DNA of 64,000 bases from Chrysomallon squamiferum. Taxonomy: Eukaryota; Animalia; Mollusca. Below the pieces are notes generated by a model, which had not been told where the DNA came from, searched no databases, and saw only the letters and a program-made list of their open reading frames with translations. The stretch is taken from assembly GCA_012295275.1 (NCBI GenBank), contig CM022665.1:34906001-34970000 (forward strand), read 5' to 3'. Shown here one piece after another: positions 54,498 through 64,000 of this stretch. Each line of letters starts with the position of its first letter. Position 1 is the stretch's first letter. The position numbers were made by a program, and so were the translations under genes.

Positions 54498-54628
54498 GGG
54501 AGTTTCCAGTGACAGAATCGACAATTCCTCTTCAGACAAAGAACTATTTTGTTCTTCGCCTAACTAAACTCTCTGTGAACTGACCTGTGACACCGACACT
54601 CGATAAAATGGGAGAAGTTTCAGTTTTC
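54498..54628. promoter_or_regulatory. kappaB-like site and IRF-element-like site
   Basis: GGGAGTTTCC at 54498-54507 fits GGGRNWYYCC. GAAAACTGAAACT on - at 54616-54628 fits the IRF1/2 consensus G(A)AAASYGAAASY. Confidence 0.4.
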
Positions 54629-55210
54629 ACAAACACATGTCAGGTGCGAAATTTATTTCGGAGGCATTAACGTACCAGTTCTTGCTTTTTGTAGATGAAC
54701 TCTCCCCCCCCATCCAATACTAATTAAAATTTATGTTTATATATATAATCATAGAATGCGGGGGCATATCTATCTGTATTTATTATTGTTATTTGGTAGA
54801 ACTCTGGATGAAAAAGTAATACATTTTTTAAATTTTCAGTCAGATGATATTTGTTATTTTATTTATTTATTTATTTATTTATTTATTACTTGTAGTAGTA
54901 ATGTGGTTAGTGATGCAGCGTTACAAATAAAATTTCGATACATTAAATCTATATTTCAGTGTGTTCTATTATAAGAGATATATCACTATACCAAAACTAA
55001 TACTGATATTAATACTAACACTGATACTACAACTAATAACAGAGTTAACATTACTTATAATCTTAAAAAAAACCCTGCATAATTTATTAATATATCGAGG
55101 AATTTATAAGCAGGTCCTTCGATTATCTATAATATTTTATACATGTACATTACTTTCGTTGTACGTATTTAAGTTACTATATAACAATTCAGTTTGTATT
55201 CCAGTACAAA

Positions 55211-55246
<36 letters not shown>
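55211..55246. repeat. (ATT)n microsatellite
   Basis: Seen directly. Confidence 0.9.
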
Positions 55247-55249
<3 letters not shown>

Positions 55250-55680
55250 CCAAAACATATTTTTCGAAAGATATATTCAGGAATTAATAAAGTGAAAACT
55301 TTAAATCCATCCAAAACATTCCCCACCCCTCCTCGCTGTTAACAACTGTTTGTCACTACATATTTACTTCAGTTATCTCACCGTGTCATACTTTTTCATT
55401 TATCTTGATAAATAGGCTTCTTCAAATATGAATAAATTTCAACAAATATACTACTTTTTTTTTTTTTATTTCATTTTTTTTTTTTTTTTTTTTTTTTTGG
55501 TTGTTCTTGTTTTGGATACAATACAAACTCGATGTTTTCAGAATGTTTAGCAAAGAACAACAATTTTAAACTTGTAGCTACCGAATTAATACAAAACGAC
55601 CAGCAATACTTGCATTTTCAAATATAATAACCCCTCCTTATATTAATAAATACTTCCTAGCTAATAATTATTTTGTATTA

Positions 55681-55700
55681 CTCTCTCTCTCTCTCACACA

Positions 55701-55740
<40 letters not shown>
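55681..55740. repeat. Compound (CT)n(CA)n microsatellite
   Basis: Seen directly. Confidence 0.95.
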
Positions 55741-55742
<2 letters not shown>

Positions 55743-56979
55743 GATAGACGTTGGTAAGTACATTAAATAATAAAATATTAATATTTCTTTTTTTTTTTTT
55801 TTTCTTTTTTTTTTACTTGTTTTATAAACATTTTCTCAGCGACAAAATCAACATACCAGAATAGCATTCAGCTTCTATATTATTACATAGTTTAACAACT
55901 TGTGTATTTAAATAAGCATTTTTGGGTGAAACAGTTTATAAAAGCGTTATGCATGGATGAATGGAGTAACAAGATCAAATCTAGAGTGTGATAACCGAGA
56001 TTTCATACTGACGTAGAGATACAGTAAAAAACACCAAATAATTAAAGTGATGGATAAGTACAAGTGAAATATTGAACACGACAACCCCCCCCCCCCAAAA
56101 AAAAAAAAAAAACAACCTAATAATAATTTTTTTAAAAATGAAAATTAAAATAAACAAAAAAATAAAAATATTAAATAAATAAATAAATATAAATAATTGT
56201 AAAATATGTACATTTCTATTTGATTGTCATTCCTTTCTTTTTGATTTTTTGATTTTTTTAAATTATTATTTCTCTCGTTATTATTATTATTTTTAATTAA
56301 TTTATTTATTTTTAATCTATTTTAATGTCCCGTTTCTTTTTTAAGTCGACACACACTGTATTTATGTAATTTTATCAAGACACATTCTGTTTTTTAAGTA
56401 TGTTTGCATTATCACTATTATCGCTTCGTAAAGAAAGACATAATAATGAATCAAAGCATTGTTTCGTAAACAAATGCACAACCACTTAATTTTATCTTAG
56501 CGTTGCCAATTTTGCTAATAATAAAGTATGACAAATTTTAAAATATTTTCGTTTATAATTGTAGAACTGTGAAGGAAAAAACCTTAACAGACTGAGGATA
56601 CAGCAATTCTGAAACGGATTATTCAGTCTAAAGTTTCAGACATACACGAAATGATTACATATTGTGAAATTATTTATTTATTTATTTATTATCATCTTTA
56701 AAAGATGATTTGTTCATTTAAATTATAAATTACAAAAAAATATATCTAAAAATATATCAAATAAATAATACAAATATATATATATATATATTATAGTAAT
56801 ATAAATAACTGGGAGAAAATAAAAAAACCTTTTTAATTTTTAATAATATTTTAAAAAAAATACCGCTTTGTTCACGATCACGGTGCGTATCCGACACCGA
56901 CGACTTACTAAATATACCTTTACAACGTTAGTAGAGCGTTGAAAAGTCAGGATTGAATAGCATTTATGTGGGTGGTGTA

Positions 56980-56981
<2 letters not shown>

Positions 56982-57050
<69 letters not shown>
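56982..57050. repeat. (CT)n microsatellite
   Basis: Perfect run of about 68 nt. Confidence 0.95.
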
Positions 57051-57054
<4 letters not shown>

Positions 57055-57799
57055 ATTCGGCTTTATAATGATGATAAGGTGTTATGAAGATTTCAATGAA
57101 AAAAAGAATAAAGTTTAAATATAAAATTCGTAATTAAAATAAAAATAACAAAAATTGTTAGAGAGAGAGAAGAAAAAAACAACAACTCCATAAACACAGA
57201 AGACTGTTTTTACAGCAACTTTGTAGAACTGAGACGTGATGTAATCAATTCTCCTTACGAAAATTATTATATTATTTCCCTTTACTAAGAATGGCTTTTC
57301 AAAGGCAGTGATCTATTCTGCTTACACCTTATGGACGGAACATGCATTAAAAAAATCTGGAACTTTTAATCGACGCGACTTTCCCGTCTCTTATGTTCAC
57401 TATAATAAGACATTAAATAATGTAATTTACTAGTTAAATATATATTTATTTATAATTATTTTTCTTGAGGAGAACAGTCGTTGTTCTAATATGCATATAG
57501 TTATATATATTTCCTTTCCTGTTATATATTTATTTATCGTCAACGTCATCATAGTCGTCGTCACCACATCATCATCATTATTATCATTTTCTGCTACTAT
57601 TCGTTTATGTTATCGGGTTCTTGTATTCATTATTCATATATGAACATAGAAATTAAGAGTTTATCAAATGAACAACAACAACAACAAATAAATAAATAAA
57701 TGGAAGCCGCGAGAAGTAGATATACGTTATATGCCTAACTCCAACCCATTTTCATTACCTGTTAGACGTTAATGCTTCCGAATAACAGGGGAAAATATA

Positions 57800-58675
57800 C
57801 CGTATATACTTGTGTATAAGTCGAATTTTTGGGAGACTATATTAAGGTAATATTTTGGGGGTCGACTTATACATAGGTAATGCTTTTGTAGCTGTTGCTG
57901 AAGAGTCGCCATTTTGACTATTTTTTGCTACGGGATGCATCTAAAATAATCGCGGTCTTTCAGCTTTTCAAAAATAAAATTTTATCGTATAAAAAATTTG
58001 GAAAAATTAAATAACAAAACCAAATATGAATGTAAAACATGATATTCTTCCGTTTAATGACATAAAAATACATTTTAAAGCGAGAAAACCGTCAGTACGG
58101 CGTTATGCGTTACGGCGTCTTGCAATGATCTAGGAATGCAGACTTCTCTGCCAAATTGCACTAAATATCGGTCCTAATTTCATAAACAAAACTCACTTGT
58201 GTAATTGTAAAGAATTTGGTGAAATAATATTGCAATCGTCATTAATATCCACTACCGACAAATCGAAAACAAACTAAATTTCTATAAACGTTCTGCAACA
58301 AAAATCAGTTCAACTTCTCGCCATATTTGTTATTCTAGTCGGTAGCCAAGTGCGCAAAGCCTCGGCCAATTAGCGCGCTAGGAATAGGATCGGGGGCGTA
58401 TCTTGTAGCAGAGTTTCGATAGAAAAAAATATTGCTGAGGTTCCGAAATTATCTTACTTTGAATTGCACGTGCAAGTTACAGCTCGTGCAAGTTATGTTA
58501 CAGTAGGCGTACAATGTAGGCCTTCATGGCACTGTCACACTGGTCTAAAAATAGTGACGGTGCCTGGAATCTACAGTCGACTTATACACAAGTAATACCT
58601 AAAATGACGCAATTTTTGGTCTTAAAATACACATCGACTTATACATAAGTTCGCCTTGTACACAAGTATATACGG
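57800..58675. mobile_element. pogo/Tc2-like MITE (Tc1/mariner superfamily)
   Basis: TA|CCGTATATACTTGTGTATAAGTCGAA and TTCGCCTTGTACACAAGTATATACGG|TA. Repeated subterminal TCGACTTATACA motifs at about 57862, 58577 and 58634. No ORF. Confidence 0.88.
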
Positions 58676-59228
58676 TATGCGATTTACGAATACACATTAA
58701 CTATATCACTAATAAAGGTTGAGCGAACCTTAAACGCGCAAAAACCTTTGGAAACTTTATTTTCTTTGACCGCGTATACCTGTTCTGAACGAGGGAGCGT
58801 CTAGCCAATGATTAGGCCTTTTTCATTCTTTTGAAGATCCACCTGGGGCGGTTGCCTGTCACAGTGTGAAATCTCAAAAGGTGGGGTCGTCCGACAAGCG
58901 AAGCACACGAATAAACAGACTCGTACGGAACTTCTGTTCATTTAAAAAATATATATATATATATTTTTTATGAAATTTAAAAACACTTTTTTTCTCTCTC
59001 GCGCGCTCTTGATTTTTTTCAGTACAGAATCAAACTTGTAATGCGAATAAACACAGTCATGCACAGCAGAAAATAAACGAGACATTTTATAGTACTGTTA
59101 CCTCATTAAGCCTTCTCGTTAGAGGACTTGTGATTTTTATAAACAGATTTATTTGTTGTTTATATTTCTAACCTGAAGGAGATTACCGTTTTTCTGTGGA
59201 TTTGTCTTTAGCAGAGATTATCAGGAAA

Positions 59229-59238
59229 ATGGATTTAG
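59229..59238 (+). CDS. Probable first coding exon (MDL...) of an unidentified gene continuing beyond the window
   Basis: GAAAATGGATTTAG|GTAAGT: start codon in good context followed by a perfect donor. It lies downstream of a CpG-retaining region with a CCAAT box (about 58805) and an Inr-like TCAGT (about 59019). No later exon recognised. Confidence 0.5.
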
Positions 59239-59302
59239 GTAAGTTTTCAGATAATACTCAATGACAGTTAGATAATAAAGTAATAAAAGAAACTTTGTAT
59301 AG

Positions 59303-59585
59303 GTAATGGCAGTAATACAATGTAGTAGAAGTAGTAATAACAGCTAGTGGTAGCAGTAGCAGTAACAGTACTTGCGGTAGTAGTAGTACTAGTAACATGA
59401 GTTGCGGTAGTGGTAGTATTAGTAACAGTTATAATAGTAGTTTTATTGATATTGGTAGTATTAGTAGCAGCAGCAGCAGTAACAATAGTAGTTGTAGTGA
59501 TGGGTGTATTGTGTTTGTAGTAATAAACCTAAGTAGTTCTAAATTAGTCGTTACGTTGGGGTTTTCTGAGGCTTTTTACGTGGGA

Positions 59586-59633
<48 letters not shown>
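59303..59633. repeat. Degenerate (AGT/AGC)n tract followed by an (ATT)n microsatellite
   Basis: Seen directly; it generates the low-complexity ORF 59397-59726. Confidence 0.85.
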
Positions 59634-59634
<1 letters not shown>

Positions 59635-62248
59635 TATATGTAAGTATTTATTCATGTATGCATGTATGTATCTATATTTTCATCATTTTTGGAATACATA
59701 CATGTCTGCATGTAAATGATATGTAATTTTGCTTTATTATTGTTAACATTACACGTTTTGAAGCCAAAAATATATAAATGGAACGTATACTGGGGTCAAC
59801 AAAAGTTAGGATCCATGCATACCAAAAAAAACAAAAATAAATGGCGTAATGCCAGTTTGTCAGTCACACATACAAATATAAACAAATGTACTTTTGACAT
59901 GTTTTCAACACATGAACAGATACGATAACATTTGTTGAACGTATGATCAACATGTTTAATGGTCAATGTATATATTTTTTTTAGTATGAGCATTATTTCT
60001 TTAAAATATCTCTAAGTTATGAACCTATAATTACTATATTTAAAGATTTAGTTAAATAAAAACAGATGTTAGATTATCCTTTGTCTTAATATCCTAGCAG
60101 TAAGGTCATCATTTATGTTACTAGAAAATATTCAAATGTTCCTCTTTTAACAAGACACTTATGAACAGTGTTTTCTATAGATTTAACATTATCGTTAAAC
60201 TAATAATAAAACGCTTTTAAAAATATAAGGACAAAAAAATCAAACAAATTAACTGGAAATAATTGCAGGTTTTGTCAGACAAAATAAGTGCATGTATTGT
60301 AATACAGATAAAGCAGTTCTCAGACAAAACAGAATTTTGAATTTAATATTCCAAAATAGTCGGTCAAATCGAATCGAATTTCGAATCTCGAAAATTTTGG
60401 AGAATAATCAAATCTATCAGATTCAGTTATGAAGGAACATTCAGTTCTGTATATAAATATCCACTGTAGTGATTGTTAGCATGGTGATTAACGTGATTAT
60501 ACAAGTTTGAGGTTTAAATGAGCAACTGATGGGCAAACTAAAAAATATGTATGATGACCGTATTATTTGGTTAATGGAGTATTTATACAAAGTTCATTTT
60601 AAAATGTCAGTGAGTTTTTTTCTTCTTCTTCATACTTTGTTTATTATTTATTAATATTAACGGTTGGTCATATAGTTTGTCCATTCGAATATTTCAAAGC
60701 TTTGTTGAATACTAATGTTAAAATCAGTAATTTACATTCATCAGTATCTCAGTGATTTAAATGTTTAAACCGCAAACTAATTTCTCTCAGCAAATACAGC
60801 AACTAGTATTAGTACTATTATTACCAGTATAACTACAACGACTGTTGTATTTTCACAACCACTATTACTACTACAATACATGCAAGAAACGTAGTTTATT
60901 TTAATTTAACCAGGCTACAGGTAGAAAGGATGCCTATAGGTAACCTGATACGTGTACCCGTGTTTTGAATAGAGAAAAGAACCAGATACCCCATTTATGT
61001 TTTATTTTGCTTTTACTTTCCATTTTTTATTTCCTAAACACACAACGACGAAATACCTTCCCTGTTTTAAACTTTATCATTTCTGCACCCTTGGAGAGAA
61101 GATATAATTAAATATAGGAGAAGAATAAATAAAATCACTCCTTATCACTTTTCTTCCACATTCGTTCACACCTCTTTCTAAATAAATAAAAAAAGAAAGA
61201 AAGAAAATAATTTTAAAACAATTGTTTGAATTATTATACATGAGTTTCTAAAGAAATTAATTGTTTTACAAACAAATGTAAGGGCGTCCTATTCCATAAT
61301 TATAGGAAATTTACTACATTATTTTTGAAATAAATTTTTTCAGCTGACACCAAAAAAGACTAACTGACTTGCAGTTATGTGTTTCGTATGCGTGCGAATG
61401 TATGGGTGTAAACTTTTAACTATGTATGGATTTTGTTTGTGAATGTATATGCGCATGACTTTTGTGTTGTTTATTTATTTTTATTTTTATTTTATTGTTA
61501 TTATTATTTTTTGTTTGTTTGTTGAGTGTTTATATGTTTATGCATTTGTGTATTCTGTATATATATTGTTTGTATAGATAGATGTAATGCGAGTAATATA
61601 TTGAAATTGAATCCTTTTTTTTTAAAGCTAATGCACATGTATATTAAGTTATGGAGTTTTTGCACATCTTACCCTATTTCACAAAGAATAAAAGCAGACA
61701 CACCTTATATGTGTTTATTACCGGCTATTTTCGAGAATATGACTCCAGGTGATGCTCTGCTAAAGATGGATAGATTTACTGATAATAATACGCTCTTGTC
61801 ACCATTGTCTGTTCTACAGCGAAGTCGTTTCGTCATGTTAAGACAGTGTATGGATATATTTCTTATCTTTTTTCTTTCATTTTTAAAAATAAAATAAAGA
61901 AAAAGTCCTAAGAATATTAATCATAAAACTACTTCTACCATAACAAAACGTGACTAACTATAGTCTTCCATATAGAACTTCGTGTATAAACCTATATCAT
62001 GTATATGACACACCAGAGATGCTCCAAAACTAGTTCTGTTTAATATTAAAATAACCTCTTCTTTTTATATCTGGAATTCGCAGAAACATAAATATTTGTC
62101 TGTACATAGTATATGCTCGTATGTATTTATATGTAAAGTAAAAAAAAAATAAAAATAAATAAATAAGCCAAGATACTGCGGATTTTAATTTGAACCGTAT
62201 CAGTTTAGATTAATAATAATTTAGATATAGGCCTAATTGGCATGTTTC

Positions 62249-62820
62249 CACTTTGCCGGACGCTATTGTTCTTATGTAGAAATCATTGGTGCACGCTAAT
62301 CCCTAGTACAATAGGTGATTATGGTATAGTCTAATGCAATAAATAACTTTAAAAAATCGTTCAATCACTTCATCGTTCATTTTATTGCATGTGGCAAGAA
62401 TTCATCATTCACATAGTTGAATTATAGTATTTCATAACATTTGTTCATTTTATTACATCTGGCAAATTCGACTTTCATAACATTCACAGTTAAAAATTAT
62501 AGTCATTCATAAGATCCATTTTAACATTCACATAGGTAAAATTATAATCATAACATCCATGCCTGAAGACCTGATCGCTGAGCACCCTTCCAGATAGTCT
62601 GTCGGAAGTTACTCATTTGAAACATGAATGTGTATGTGTTATCATGATACAACTGTAGTTAAGGTTACTCATTTGAACAGTTTTCATGTGAGCTGTGATC
62701 GAGAGATAAGGTTAGATCAGGAAAGTATAAAGTGATTACAACCTGTATTTAGTGGAACAGACTGTAACATCCCATGCAATGGACTGTTACCATTAATCTG
62801 TTCAGGCGTCCGGCAAAGTG
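62249..62820. mobile_element. Unclassified non-autonomous element bounded by a 15-bp perfect inverted repeat
   Basis: CACTTTGCCGGACGC (62249-62263) / GCGTCCGGCAAAGTG (62806-62820), with internal imperfect tandem repeats and a hairpin. No TSD seen. Confidence 0.55.
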
Positions 62821-64000
62821 AGGGTAAACCATTTCTTTTTTCTGGTAATTAAATTAATAAATCGTAACTCGTTTTTCTTTTTTCCTTTTGTTTTCTTGAA
62901 CAAACCTCTATTACAATACTTTCACAATCCATGACATTATTATTATTATTATCTGTTGTTGTTATTAATAATTAAATATTCACTGGATTCAAAATTGCAG
63001 TTTTCATTTTCATAGTCTAAAGGGTATTAAGTGCTAAACATTGATTATTTTATAACGATGACTCATATACTGAGAAAATCCGCAGCAAGGTCGATGGGCT
63101 ATGTATATGTATATACTCTTCCATAAACAAATACAATTATTTATTATACATCTCAATAAACCAGCCATCGGGTACAGATTGGAATGTCATATTGTGCAAT
63201 GAACTGATTACCGCCCTTAACAAGCTTCGATTCAATTAAGCATAAATATATTTTTAAAAATTCATGTAACACAGTACCACTTCAAACTGTGCATTTCCCG
63301 AATAGCGGGAATCCATTGCAGAACAATCAACACTCATATAACATCAATCAACGCTTGATGCCGTGATGATAGCCTTCACAGTCACATCGCTGCATTGAGG
63401 ACAGTAATCGTTGCAAAAAAAGTTTAAAACTTTATTTTTTTTTTGGTTGTCTTTTTTTTTTGTTTGAAAATAATAATAATAATAATAACAGTGATGATGA
63501 TGATGATGATAAAGCTAGTTTTGATTACCAGCCTTACAGTCGACTCACTACTGATTAACATTTTGTTTAAGATTGTATATGCTTGGAATTAAACATTAAT
63601 CATCAGAAGAAAAAAAATTCGTCTCACGAATATTTATTTACAAATTTATATTCTAAATTAAAACCACATTTGTATCCAAATTCTGACATATATTGTTTGG
63701 TTTCTGTGATAAAAGTTTAAGATCTATATTTGACAAAATTCTTGAAGTTGTCTAGTTTATGTGAAAATCTTCAAGGACATTAGCATTTTTGTTTCTTCAT
63801 TTCGTAACAGCTAAGGAAAAGTGGCAAGAGAGAGCACTTTGTAAGGGGTGTCAAAGACTTTATAAATGTTTGTGTTTTTTCGTGTCGCTTGTATACGTAT
63901 GTACGAGAATGTTTGTGTGGTATATTCATGTACTCATATACAGACAGAGAGAGAGAGAGGACTATATAAAGATACACATTGAGCGAGACATAAATACAAA

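Noticed and set aside
54144-55248. Several F/I/L/Y-rich ORFs
   Set aside because: Low-complexity AT-rich and microsatellite-derived, with no splice-supported or motif-supported structure.
59397-59726. Ser-rich and poly-Tyr ORF
   Set aside because: Product of the (AGT)n and (ATT)n repeats in a probable intron.
60290-60720. CGAATCGAAT...ATTCGAATATT hAT-like MITE remnant
   Set aside because: Internal motifs only; termini and TSD could not be identified.
61526-61897. 123-aa ORF as a downstream exon of the 59229 gene
   Set aside because: No convincing phase-compatible acceptor and donor pair, and no recognisable motif.
62370-62560. Repeat-spacer-like pattern suggesting CRISPR
   Set aside because: Eukaryotic context, irregular imperfect repeats and no cas genes; better explained as internal TE repeats.

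Overview
AT-rich, intron-containing animal genomic DNA, probably a lophotrochozoan such as a mollusc (inference). Positions 1-50 kb hold six housekeeping genes whose exons can be assembled by eye: the 3' part of MTA (NuRD subunit, +), INTS7 (-, 20 exons), COMMD1 (+), POLR2F/RPB6 (+), CUL5 (-, 18 exons) and VBP1/prefoldin-3 (+). They form two head-to-head and two tail-to-tail pairs. INTS7 and VBP1 each carry a U12-type minor intron. Introns hold DNA-transposon relics: a Sola2-like element, a piggyBac, a Tc1 fragment and MITEs. Positions 50-64 kb contain a probable decayed sulfotransferase-like pseudogene next to kappaB- and IRF-like motifs, a pogo/Tc2-like MITE, the first exon of an unidentified gene and an unclassified inverted-repeat element. 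I found no CRISPR array, rRNA or tRNA, and nothing I can defend as a wholly new biological system. The best leads are a predicted short MTA isoform made by reading through a splice donor, an in-frame stop-free last intron in INTS7, and facing poly(A) signals between POLR2F and CUL5. Gene identities rest on remembered protein motifs, not database searches.
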